64,000 bases of DNA, from contig CAWABA010000009.1 of assembly GCA_963780185.1 (NCBI GenBank), forward strand, positions 96,001 to 160,000, in the 5' to 3' direction. Of the stretch, positions 30,762 through 40,083 are shown piece by piece (the first letter of the stretch is position 1; the number at the start of each line of letters is the position of its first letter). A program made the position numbers and the translations under genes. The notes under the pieces are model-generated. The model saw only the letters and a program-made list of their open reading frames with translations. It did not search any database and was not told where the DNA came from. The stretch is from Candidatus Bathyarchaeota archaeon. GTDB taxonomy: Archaea; Thermoproteota; Bathyarchaeia; Bathyarchaeales; Bathycorpusculaceae.

Positions 30762-32117
30762 ATGATGTTGTTGAATGTGAATGGTGTGGAATGCCGTTAC
30801 GGCTCAAGGAAAATCTTGGAAAACGTTAGTCTCTGCGTGAAGGAAGGCGACTTCGTGGGAATCCTCGGTCCGAACGGCTCAGGAAAAACTACACTTCTAA
30901 AAAGCATAGGGCGAACCCTCAAACCCTCCAAGGGAGCCATCTTGCTTAACGACAAGGACATTTACTCGCTCAAAAGCCTAGATGTTGCAAAGCAAATGGC
31001 AGTTGTTCCGCAGGAAAACGCCATCAGCTTTAACTTTACTGCTTTGGAAGTGGTCATGATGGGACGAAGCCCTCACCTGGCAAGGTTTGAGATGGAAACT
31101 GAAAAGGACATGGATGTCACCCGAAAAGTTATGAATTTAACGAACACTTGGCATCTGGCGAATCGACCTGTAACCGAATTAAGCGGCGGCGAACGGCAAC
31201 GCGTCATCATTGCCCGCGCCTTAGCGCAAGAGCCCAAAGTTCTGCTGCTTGATGAACCCCTGACCTACCTGGACATTATTAATCAGCTGGAAGTCATGGA
31301 TTTGATAAAGTCGCTCTGCGTTTCCCAAGGTCTTATCGTTATGGCTGTTGTCCATGACCTTAATTTGGCTGCGCGATACTGTAATTGTGCGTTGCTTCTG
31401 AAAAAGGGATGCGTGTTTGCGGCAGGTTCTTTGGATGAGGTTATGACAAGTGAAAACATAAAAAACGTCTTCCAAGTAGACGCAATAGTCAAGAAAAACC
31501 CAGTCACAAATTCTCTATACATCATTCCGCTGTCACCTCCAAAATCTTCTCCACCTCGGAACTGCGCAATCCACATTGTCAGTGGCGCCGGAACAGGAAC
31601 TGTGCTGATGAAGGTTCTCCAAGAAGAGGGGTACCGTCTCACTGCAGGCGTCCTTAACGTTTTGGACACTGATTTTGAAACAACAGAGTTTCTCAACATA
31701 CCCGTCATCAGCGAAACGCCGTTTTCACCCATAACCGAAAAAACCCGAAGCGCCAACTTTGACTTAATGACCAAAGCCAGCATGATAGTAATTACCTCGG
31801 TTCCGTTTGGCTACGGCAACCTTTCAAACCTGGAGTCGGCGTTTGAAGCTGTCAAGCTGGGTATCCAAACATACATCATCGAAGAAGAACCCATTGAAGG
31901 ACGGGACTTCACAGGCGGCAAAGCAGCCGCGCTGATGCAGCAGATGAAGAAACACGGCGCCGTTTTCATCAAGCACGCGTCGGAACTGCCTGCTCTGGTC
32001 AACGCGAAACATGACCTGATGGAGCTGCAGAAGAACGCTCAAAACGAGGTTCCGGGTCACACGAAAAAACTCGCCAAGGCAATAGTTCAGCCTGCTAATC
32101 CCAAAGAAAAGAGTTAA
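30762..32117 (+). CDS. btuD: BtuD-type ABC ATPase with C-terminal extension
   Basis: GPNGSGKTT, LSGGERQ, HDLNLA; extra domain starting IHIVSGAGTG. Confidence 0.88.
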   Translation: MMLLNVNGVECRYGSRKILENVSLCVKEGDFVGILGPNGSGKTTLLKSIGRTLKPSKGAILLNDKDIYSLKSLDVAKQMAVVPQENAISFNFTALEVVMMGRSPHLARFEMETEKDMDVTRKVMNLTNTWHLANRPVTELSGGERQRVIIARALAQEPKVLLLDEPLTYLDIINQLEVMDLIKSLCVSQGLIVMAVVHDLNLAARYCNCALLLKKGCVFAAGSLDEVMTSENIKNVFQVDAIVKKNPVTNSLYIIPLSPPKSSPPRNCAIHIVSGAGTGTVLMKVLQEEGYRLTAGVLNVLDTDFETTEFLNIPVISETPFSPITEKTRSANFDLMTKASMIVITSVPFGYGNLSNLESAFEAVKLGIQTYIIEEEPIEGRDFTGGKAAALMQQMKKHGAVFIKHASELPALVNAKHDLMELQKNAQNEVPGHTKKLAKAIVQPANPKEKS

Positions 32118-32123
32118 GGCACC

Positions 32124-32756
32124 ATGACCGAAAATGACGAAGCGAAATCGTTTGCTTTCCTCAAAGCGCGAGCTTTAGAATTAGGCGCCAAAGAAGCAAA
32201 AGTAATTCCCACAGAAAAAATCGTGATTGAAGACCGCGTTGTTTTCAAATGCAGGTTAGGATGCGAAAAATACGGAAAAACCTTAGCTTGCCCACCCTAT
32301 GCTCCCACGCCAAGTGAATTCCGCAAAATCGCCAGTGAATACCGCTACGCAATGTTCATGAAGTTTCAGTCGCATGCGGAAGGCGATTTAGAACTTATAA
32401 AGTGCCTTGCAAAAACAAATGATCCGTCCATTTCAGCGGAGATGAAGGCGAAGGTTGAAGCCTTTTGGGTGGCGTGGAAGGATGACATGAAACTTTTGTT
32501 GGAAAAAGTGTTGACGCTGGAGAAGGCAGCGGCGGAAAAAGGGTTCATTCTCGCTGTAGGTTTGGTTTCGGGTTCATGTCAGCTTTGCGAAAAATGCAAC
32601 GTTCAAGGCGGTCTGTGTGTGCATCCCGCGAAGAAAAGATATTCCGAGGAAGGTGTCGGAGTAAATGTAAAGGCGACCGCGGAAAAGGCTGGCGTAAAAT
32701 TTACTTTGCCCTTTGAGAAAAACCCCGAAACCTACGCGCTGCTCCTGATTGATTAG
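32124..32756 (+). CDS. DUF2284-like metal-binding protein
   Basis: CxxGC..YG...CPP and GSCxxCxxC...C...R.S.EG.G. Confidence 0.8.
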   Translation: MTENDEAKSFAFLKARALELGAKEAKVIPTEKIVIEDRVVFKCRLGCEKYGKTLACPPYAPTPSEFRKIASEYRYAMFMKFQSHAEGDLELIKCLAKTNDPSISAEMKAKVEAFWVAWKDDMKLLLEKVLTLEKAAAEKGFILAVGLVSGSCQLCEKCNVQGGLCVHPAKKRYSEEGVGVNVKATAEKAGVKFTLPFEKNPETYALLLID

Positions 32757-32782
32757 GCAATCTCGGAAATGAATTTTGAAAA

Positions 32783-33556
32783 CTAGAGATTTTCTGGTCC
32801 GAATGCTGGTTCATTGGCGACGGAAGCAAAAATTTGTTCGGCGAATTCTTCCTGCTCTTCGTTGCCTGTGACTGCTAGCCAGCATGACCCTTCTGCTCCG
32901 CATACTCCGCCTGAAGCAATAAGCTCGACATTAGCGCCTGTTAAAGCGGCTAAAGCATCCAGTTCGGTGAACACTTCTCCGGTAACGGGCAGCAAACGGC
33001 TTCCACCTGCTCCAGGGGCATTAAGCTTCTCAGCTAAAGCGAATAAGTCGCCGTTTATGCGTTTCTCCACGCCTACGGGTATAATGAGTTTTACTCGGCG
33101 TCCAACAACCGCGGGCAAAGCTAAACCGATGGTTCCAGCTTTCGGGTGACCGATCAAAATAGCTGCTTGTCTACGGGTTAAATCCAAGGCGTTTGCACCC
33201 TTCAAGATAACGTCGCCCTCCTTCATGGAGTCAACAACGTCCTCAATCGACTTGCCCCTCTGCCAAACTCCCTTGACTATCACTACGTCGCCTGGGAACG
33301 CGCTCACGTCGGCTAGCCGCCCCGTTCCAGTCACAGATTTTTTTGAAGGCAGGGTTATGCCGCGGAAAAAGTGTTTTCTGGAAAAATCTTTGACGCCGAG
33401 GCTGGTTAGTATCTCTTCAGCCACGTAGCCGTTAGTGGTTCCAGCCACAATCACAAGCGTCCCATTTTTGAGCGCCTTTCTGATTGCCGGATGATTAGCT
33501 AAGGTTTTGGCGATTAAACGTTTTCCCGCCGCTGGAGTAAGGAGAAATTGTTTCAT
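32783..33556 (-). CDS. conserved hypothetical protein
   Basis: KRLIAK, GTTNGY, KGANALD, PVGxEK, GGVxGAEG motifs. Confidence 0.7.
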   Translation of the reverse strand: MKQFLLTPAAGKRLIAKTLANHPAIRKALKNGTLVIVAGTTNGYVAEEILTSLGVKDFSRKHFFRGITLPSKKSVTGTGRLADVSAFPGDVVIVKGVWQRGKSIEDVVDSMKEGDVILKGANALDLTRRQAAILIGHPKAGTIGLALPAVVGRRVKLIIPVGVEKRINGDLFALAEKLNAPGAGGSRLLPVTGEVFTELDALAALTGANVELIASGGVCGAEGSCWLAVTGNEEQEEFAEQIFASVANEPAFGPENL

Positions 33557-33709
33557 ATGTTGGCTTCCTTTCTGCTTTCAGCGTTGTTATTTGAGTCGTG
33601 AATTATAATAATTGCGGTTCATTCAAAGCGGTTGCGGGTACGAAAATAAGTTAAAGAAAATAAAAAGAAAATAAGAGACACTAAGTAAAAAGATGTTCAG
33701 CTTGTAAGC

Positions 33710-33853
33710 TTAATATCTTCTCGGTGGTCTTCGTTTTGCGTAGCATTCTCGGCAATAAACTGGCCTTGTGCCGTCTGGTTTGAAAGGAACATCGCATTCT
33801 TTTCCACAGTCAGCGCAGGTTGCCTTGTGCATTTCGCGGTTGCCATATGACAT
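33710..33853 (-). CDS. CxxC-x17-CxxC domain small protein
   Basis: CADCGKECDVPFKPDGTRPVYCREC. Confidence 0.92.
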   Translation of the reverse strand: MSYGNREMHKATCADCGKECDVPFKPDGTRPVYCRECYAKRRPPRRY

Positions 33854-34112
33854 TTTACTATTTTCAACTCCTATTATGTTCGGTGTGTAAGAATTAATTC
33901 TCACACAGTAATCATTAACCTATCATTCATCCTTATAAATTAAGTGCCTTTAAGACTAAGAATACGTCGGCGACTACTCAGGTTTCTCGGCTGTTTTTCG
34001 AGTTAAATGTGGGGATTTCAGGGTTGATCTGCTGTTTAAATGCTGGATTGGGGTTTTTCTCCCTAAGTTTTGTTTCCTTTAGAGAGCATTATATTTATAC
34101 GCGTGCAAAATA

Positions 34113-34805
34113 TTGCATTGGGAGAAACAAGAAGGGAAAACTCTAACTTTGACCGTTATAGTTGACGACGCGGGCAGCGGCGACTTGCTTTTTGGCGTTG
34201 TAGTCGGCGCGTACCGGGAAGAAACCGGTGAATTCAAGTATGACCTGATAGACGTGCGATTCTACCAAGAAAATTTCCGAGAAAAAGAATACCTAAAAGA
34301 ATCCTCACGTGTCGTTTCCAAACTTGTAGGCGGCTTCAACCTTAAACCCGACGAAGCAGTCCACATTTGTCAAGGCTGCATATTCGACGTAGCCGCAGAA
34401 GACCTCCGCAAACTCTACGGGGAAGACCGCGTAAAACGAATCAGAGTCGTCGGCGAAACACAGCGACTTGTCGAAATCGCTTATTTGGATGAAATCCGCA
34501 ATTTAGGTTACGAACCGTTGGCTGAACGCGAAGAGAAAAGAGGCAAAAGCTTCTTCCACATGATGCGTTGGCTAAAAGATAACCCTGAAATGCTGCGTTA
34601 CGCCAAAACAGGATGGCCGCGCCTCAAAAATTACCATCTTTTCCAGTCTTTCCATGAGGAGCCAGTTCACACAGCGATTTGCAGCGACTGCGGCGTCGAA
34701 TGTGAAGTGCCTTTTCAGCCCCGCGAAAACCGACCTGTATACTGCAGAAAATGCTGGCCTGCCCATAGACCCCATAAAAAGAACCCGCGAAAAGCCGCGC
34801 GTTAA
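34113..34805 (+). CDS. RNase HII-like protein fused to CxxC-x17-CxxC domain
   Basis: VDDAGSG (DEAGRG-like); C-terminal CSDCG.VPF.P..RPVYCRKC. Confidence 0.7.
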   Translation: MHWEKQEGKTLTLTVIVDDAGSGDLLFGVVVGAYREETGEFKYDLIDVRFYQENFREKEYLKESSRVVSKLVGGFNLKPDEAVHICQGCIFDVAAEDLRKLYGEDRVKRIRVVGETQRLVEIAYLDEIRNLGYEPLAEREEKRGKSFFHMMRWLKDNPEMLRYAKTGWPRLKNYHLFQSFHEEPVHTAICSDCGVECEVPFQPRENRPVYCRKCWPAHRPHKKNPRKAAR

Positions 34806-34867
34806 TCCACCAGCAGCGCAAATTTATTTTAGGCACACCCTCCAATAGTCCCCTTAGCGTGCGGTTT

Positions 34868-35056
34868 ATGGATAAAGACTGGGAACGGTTGGGACGTCTC
34901 AAACCTGAAGAAAAAGTGCGGATATGCATGGATTTGACTGATGGGTGCATCCGGGTTTGTGCTGACGGCATAAGAAGCCAGTTTCCAGGCATAAGCGAGG
35001 ATGAGTTGCTTGCGAAACTGCGTGAACGCCTGCAATGGTCCAAACGAAACCGCTGA
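34868..35056 (+). CDS. small helical protein, antitoxin-like
   Basis: L.PEEKVR...L......DGIR...P..SE.EL...L pattern. Confidence 0.5.
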   Translation: MDKDWERLGRLKPEEKVRICMDLTDGCIRVCADGIRSQFPGISEDELLAKLRERLQWSKRNR

Positions 35057-35293
35057 AGTTCAACGTGCCTGTTCGATTGGCTTTCTTGAGAGTCATTCTT
35101 TGCTCCGCCTTGAGGTATGAGTTTACTTGGCTATTTTTTGTGATGGATATTGGTTGTAAATATGGGGCATCGCCTTTCTTGCGGAGCCATCGGAAAACTG
35201 CTGAGGTAAAACGCCCTGAAAATTTTGGTTTCTGAAGGGGAAAAATATAAGCAACTCCCCACAACTATGTTGGTAAAAAGGCGCGCTATTTAG

Positions 35294-36109
35294 ATGAAAT
35301 GCCAAACGTGCAATCAGGAACTCGATCTTCCTTTCCATTGCCCATTCTGCGGCGGAACATTCTGCGGTACACACCGCTTGCCAGAGAATCATGCGTGCCC
35401 CAAGATTGATTTTGCACGTTCACAACGGCAGGGACAAGTGCTGACACCTCAATCATACAACTCGTATCAGTACAGCTACAAAATGGGTCCACCACGCCAA
35501 AACCATATTACCTCAAGCCCCAAAGAAGTCAAACACATAACGGTGGCGGCGGCGCTTATCGTCGCTATCGGCTTCTCTATCGGGCTGTACGGGCAATACT
35601 TCGGAGGATTCAACTTCACTTGGACATGGATCTTAATGGCTGCCTTCGCAGCTATCATGACAGCTTCTGTCCTGACGCATGAAATGGCGCATAAAATTAT
35701 GGCTCAAAGAAACGGATTATGGGCGGAGTTTCGCCTAACAACGTGGGGCGTAGTGTTGACTTTCGTTTCAGTGTTTTTGCCTTTCCGCATGATTGCGCCT
35801 GGTGCCATGATGATTTCGGGTTCCCCAAACGGTGACGAAATAGTCAAAATTTCGCTCGCTGGACCCGTTACCAATATCGCGCTCTCAGCAGGCATCCTTG
35901 GAGCTGCCTTTGCCTTATCCCCAAGCCCCTTAGGCTCGATGCTTTTCTTCGCTGCATACATCAATGCTTTCCTAGCAACTTTCAACCTGATACCATTCGG
36001 AATTCTCGACGGCTTCAAAATCTTCAGCTTCAACAAGAAAATCTGGCTCTTAGCCTTCCTGCCAAGCGTTGCATTAGCCATCGCAACTTTCATTAAAATC
36101 TCATACTGA
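35294..36109 (+). CDS. AN1-type Zn finger fused to M50 (site-2) protease
   Basis: CxxC..C..C..FC..HRLPENHAC; HEMAH, NLIP, LDG. Confidence 0.9.
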   Translation: MKCQTCNQELDLPFHCPFCGGTFCGTHRLPENHACPKIDFARSQRQGQVLTPQSYNSYQYSYKMGPPRQNHITSSPKEVKHITVAAALIVAIGFSIGLYGQYFGGFNFTWTWILMAAFAAIMTASVLTHEMAHKIMAQRNGLWAEFRLTTWGVVLTFVSVFLPFRMIAPGAMMISGSPNGDEIVKISLAGPVTNIALSAGILGAAFALSPSPLGSMLFFAAYINAFLATFNLIPFGILDGFKIFSFNKKIWLLAFLPSVALAIATFIKISY

Positions 36110-36210
36110 TAAAAATCAACTGCGTCCCTTTCCAAAACAATAATTCTGTTTTCTTGGAGCACAGCACATATTATATTTCATGGATGCGATATTGACTATT
36201 TGCTGGAAGA

Positions 36211-36993
36211 GTGATTGCTTTGACATCGGATTCGAGTTCCTTTAAGAATCGTTATCTTTCGTCGAAATATGTTGATTTCTGGATGGCTGACAAAGGCATG
36301 GAAGCGGGTCGCAACGTTTGGCGTCAAAGATTGCTATCCTTCTTGCCTTACGAACCCGCCGACAGCTTCCGCTTGCTGGATTTGGGCACGGGAACAGGCG
36401 CTCTAAGCCTTGAACTTCTTGGCCGTTACCCGAACGTTTCGCTCACTTGCCTAGATTTCTCTGAAGCCATGCTTTCTCATGCCCGAGAGCGACTGGAAAA
36501 ATTCAAGGCAAAAGTAACCTTCGTTCAAAGCAACCTCCAAAATCCCGGTTGGTCCAAAGCCGTCGACGGAATATTTGACGCGGTGGTTTCATCTTTTGTT
36601 ACCCATACCATCCCTGACAAAATAAAAACCTTATACGCGGAGCTTTTCGGGCTAGTCAGTTCAAATGGGTGCTTCTTGTCCTGCGATGTTTTTCCTCCGC
36701 CTGGGCCCGTTCTGGAGCAGATTTACCACAAATCTCGGCTCATCGAACGCCAATATGGCATTAAAATGAGGACTGGCGTTGAGAAAACCATCCCTGAAGT
36801 GGAGCAGCAATTGAATGAGCGCCGCGAGGGCTACAAGGCTTTCTTTGCGGGTGATAACCGAATTTTGTCTATCGGTTCGCCGACGGTGGTGAATCATCTG
36901 GAGTGGCTAAAGGAAGCGGGGTTTGACGAAGTCGACTGCTTAGAGAAGCATACCCGCAACGCTATCATCGGCGGCTTCCGACATAGCCACTAA
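36211..36993 (+). CDS. class I SAM-dependent methyltransferase
   Basis: LDLGTGTG, DFSEAML. Confidence 0.88.
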   Translation: MIALTSDSSSFKNRYLSSKYVDFWMADKGMEAGRNVWRQRLLSFLPYEPADSFRLLDLGTGTGALSLELLGRYPNVSLTCLDFSEAMLSHARERLEKFKAKVTFVQSNLQNPGWSKAVDGIFDAVVSSFVTHTIPDKIKTLYAELFGLVSSNGCFLSCDVFPPPGPVLEQIYHKSRLIERQYGIKMRTGVEKTIPEVEQQLNERREGYKAFFAGDNRILSIGSPTVVNHLEWLKEAGFDEVDCLEKHTRNAIIGGFRHSH

Positions 36994-37064
36994 GGAATTC
37001 TCTTAAAAACAAAAATAAAGCCTGAAAAAAGGCAATAAACTGACGATGCAAAAAATGCGGTTTC

Positions 37065-37373
37065 TTAAATGAGTTCGATTGTTACGTGGACTTCTTCAGG
37101 TACACGGATACGCATGATTCTACGCATAACCCGTTCCTCCGAGTCAATGTCGATTAGCCGCTTGTGAATACGCATCTCCCACCTGTCCCATGTTGCGGTT
37201 CCCTCGCCTGACGGACCCTTTAGAACTGGAACGCGAAGCCGTTTGGTTGGTAGCGGAACTGGGCCGTTGATTTTCACGCCTGTCTTCAAAGCGATGCTTC
37301 TAAGTTCTCCGCATACCTCTTCAAGTTTGCTGTAGTCTGTGCTTGTAAGGCGTATTCGTGCTTTTCTTACCAT
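37065..37373 (-). CDS. rpsJ: 30S ribosomal protein uS10
   Basis: [28 protein letters not shown]. Confidence 0.97.
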   Translation of the reverse strand: MVRKARIRLTSTDYSKLEEVCGELRSIALKTGVKINGPVPLPTKRLRVPVLKGPSGEGTATWDRWEMRIHKRLIDIDSEERVMRRIMRIRVPEEVHVTIELI

Positions 37374-37932
37374 TTTGGTCAATCAATCCATTATTTTTCT
37401 AATTAATATATGTTGATGCCACCTAAGAGACTTTAACGGCAAATAAAAACCTATCGACCCACTTTTCATCCTTGTTATCCTGCTTTTTAAACGCTCCCAA
37501 ATCGTTTAGGTTTACGGTAGACATGCATCTTTATGCCATTGAATGTTGCTTCACCATACTTTTGCCAGCCTGCCTTAACTAAAATGCTTAAAAGGCAAGT
37601 GTTGTAACTGACTTTTCAGTGCAGTGGAGACATTGCTGAAAGGGAAGGATGCACTTTATTTTTATCTGAAGTAACATATGCTTACTTGCTTGTGAGTTTT
37701 GGATGAAACATTTTATTTATTCGCGACTTAACGAGACTATGACAGGCATGATTATCTCAATCATTTCATCGTCAGTTTCTCTTGTTTGTTTTTTCATTTG
37801 CTGCAAATGTTCTTCCAAATCTCGAGTTTGGTAATTTAGTAAAGAGCACATGATTGCCATTTTGAAACTTCAACTTATTAGGATTTATGAATTATTGGTA
37901 CACAAAAGATATGCAGGTGACATCTCCACTTT

Positions 37933-37960
37933 GGTGAGAGTTCGAATCCCACCCCCCAGC
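37933..37960 (+). other. tRNA 3'-end remnant (Leu-like), possible att scar
   Basis: GTTCGAATCCCACCCCCCAGC T-loop plus acceptor strand; no 5' half upstream. Confidence 0.55.
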
Positions 37961-37980
37961 CCTTTCAATTTGAAAGGGCT
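37958..37980. terminator. perfect 11-bp inverted repeat at the TIR gene 3' end
   Basis: AGCCCTTTCAA-T-TTGAAAGGGCT. Confidence 0.55.
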
Positions 37981-37981
37981 A

Positions 37982-38731
37982 CTATTCGCTATTATAACGC
38001 CACTTTGACATATCATGCCCTAAGAACCTTACAAACCTACAATTGTTACAAACAGCTTCGAAATCGTAAGTTTCAACTTCTGATCCACAACGAGGACATA
38101 CGTAAGGCACAAGTTTTTCATAGAAGCGGCTTGAATACTCTGAGATAAATAACCTTAACTCATCATAAGGCACATCTCTGTTCCAAGAGAAGCAGGCATC
38201 TAGACTGTCGGATTTGGGATCAAATATTACCAATCCCTTACTACTTGGGCGATATCCCATTGGGTATGTGCACTCAGAGAATTCTGAGACTAGCTGCTTA
38301 GCCATTTCGCATTTTTCCCAGTATTTTTTAGCGATCTTGCCAACATTTAGGAGAGTTAATTTCAACTCTTGAAGATTTTTTTCATAGTTCCTCGTCAAAT
38401 CACAATATCGTTTATATTTTAGAGACATGGGAATCTCGCAAGCTTCAATAATAATAGGAATAACAAAGGGTGAGCCAGACTCAATTTCCGACGTACGTGC
38501 AATTTCAAGTTCTTCATTCGCCCATTTAGAACCAACAGAGTTTTTGCTAATTATAACTAAGAAATAATTGGATTCGTGAATCCCTTGAGAAATCTTGCCA
38601 ATAATAGACTCTCCTAGTTTTATCTCATAACTGTCATACCAAATTGGAATATTATCAGATTCAAGGCTTCTTACCAGATCATTAACAGCTCCCTTGTCCA
38701 AACTGGAGTAGCAAATAAACACTTTCTTCAT
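37982..38731 (-). CDS. TIR-domain protein with C-terminal Zn ribbon
   Basis: VFICYS..D, IWYD, SKWANEEL, VIPI; CPRC..CNNC; AT-rich. Confidence 0.9.
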   Translation of the reverse strand: MKKVFICYSSLDKGAVNDLVRSLESDNIPIWYDSYEIKLGESIIGKISQGIHESNYFLVIISKNSVGSKWANEELEIARTSEIESGSPFVIPIIIEACEIPMSLKYKRYCDLTRNYEKNLQELKLTLLNVGKIAKKYWEKCEMAKQLVSEFSECTYPMGYRPSSKGLVIFDPKSDSLDACFSWNRDVPYDELRLFISEYSSRFYEKLVPYVCPRCGSEVETYDFEAVCNNCRFVRFLGHDMSKWRYNSE

Positions 38732-38956
38732 CCGTGGTTCGCTTCTACTGCTAATTTATTTTTATATTGTTAAAAACTTTTTCCAAAATCGTCATTTCCA
38801 ACGTTAAAACGTGATCGTAAAGTAACAGGGTTAGTCAGAATATACAAAATTTTACAGAACTGCCCCGATCGAAACTCTGCTTGTGTCCGTATGCGTGAGT
38901 ATCGCATGCGTCGGAGTTGCGCTTGATGATGAAGGGTTTCGAATGAGATTTTGCCG

Positions 38957-40054
38957 TTACGCAGAGATTTTGTTTCCGCAATTGGCGCAGAATTGTGAGC
39001 CAGGTTCCACTTCTTTTCCGCATTCTCGGCAGTATTTTTTGCGGTTAACTGGGGCGGCTTGGGCTGGTTGAGGCGTTGTTTTCGCTGGGTTTGGAAGTTT
39101 TATGGCGTCGGGTTCGTTTAGGAATTTCGCGACTAACCCAACCAGTTCCATTCCTGAAACTGATTTTACCACTATTTCCGCATCGTGGTTTTCAAGATAT
39201 AGTATGTCGTTGACGCCTGCTTGGAGGGCGGTGAAGTTCGCGTAGACCAACTTGTTGTCTGCGCTATACCTTCCTGCTTCAACTGACACGAAATTGTCGA
39301 TGATTGGCAGTCTTCCTGCAAAGTGGCTTGGGCTGCTGCTTAGTTTGTACTTGCCGCTTTCCTGGGTGACCACTTTTTTGTCAGCTAAACCTTTGAGACC
39401 TGCTTCAACTTCGGCGGCGGTCGGCGGCGTGGAGAGGTCAAGTTGCGATTGAAATGCGTATTCGAGTGACTGCAGAGTCTTTTTGCATTTAGCGACCTTG
39501 TTGACGATTGCTGGGAGTTCAAACGCGGTGCTTTTTACCGCTGTGCCGTCTGCGATAGCTCGAAGGTTAGCCGCGCGTTCTAGATCCATGAGCGCGAACA
39601 GAGCCATTGCCTCTTCTTTGGTGAATTTTCCGAAGAAGCTGCTGCTGGCTAGTTTGCTGTGGCCCACGTTCTGGTCGATTAAGGTAAACGCGGCTTCGAC
39701 GGCTGCGGGGGACTGTATTATTACTTGGTTATTGTCATGGAGCGCTGAAATCGACGGTGCCCCTTTGGCGTCTGGGAAAGTAACTATGAACTCGAACAGT
39801 TTGCTTCCCGCAGTGTACTTCAGGCTTGCAACGTTCCGAGCTTTCGCAAGCGTGTCGAGCACTTGGCTGTATTCGCTTTTGATTTTGCCTGCGGCGTCAA
39901 CTATGCCCGCTGACTGGAGTCGCTGCGTTTTGTCTGCGGTGTTTTTTCCTCCTTTTACGTTTAGAATTGACAGGGGGCTTTTTTCTTCTGGAACCGCTTG
40001 TCCCAGACTATCCAATAGGTCTTGATCGATTGTGAAGCTTATTTTGCTGCTCAT
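38957..40054 (-). CDS. hypothetical protein with C-terminal zinc ribbon
   Basis: 365-aa ORF ending CRECG..FCANCG. Confidence 0.8.
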   Translation of the reverse strand: MSSKISFTIDQDLLDSLGQAVPEEKSPLSILNVKGGKNTADKTQRLQSAGIVDAAGKIKSEYSQVLDTLAKARNVASLKYTAGSKLFEFIVTFPDAKGAPSISALHDNNQVIIQSPAAVEAAFTLIDQNVGHSKLASSSFFGKFTKEEAMALFALMDLERAANLRAIADGTAVKSTAFELPAIVNKVAKCKKTLQSLEYAFQSQLDLSTPPTAAEVEAGLKGLADKKVVTQESGKYKLSSSPSHFAGRLPIIDNFVSVEAGRYSADNKLVYANFTALQAGVNDILYLENHDAEIVVKSVSGMELVGLVAKFLNEPDAIKLPNPAKTTPQPAQAAPVNRKKYCRECGKEVEPGSQFCANCGNKISA

Positions 40055-40083
40055 TTTTTCTCACTCATTTCCTGTTAATTTTG

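Noticed and set aside
37717-37860. 47-aa minus-strand ORF in the AT-rich spacer
   Set aside because: No motif or clear initiation signal; could be chance
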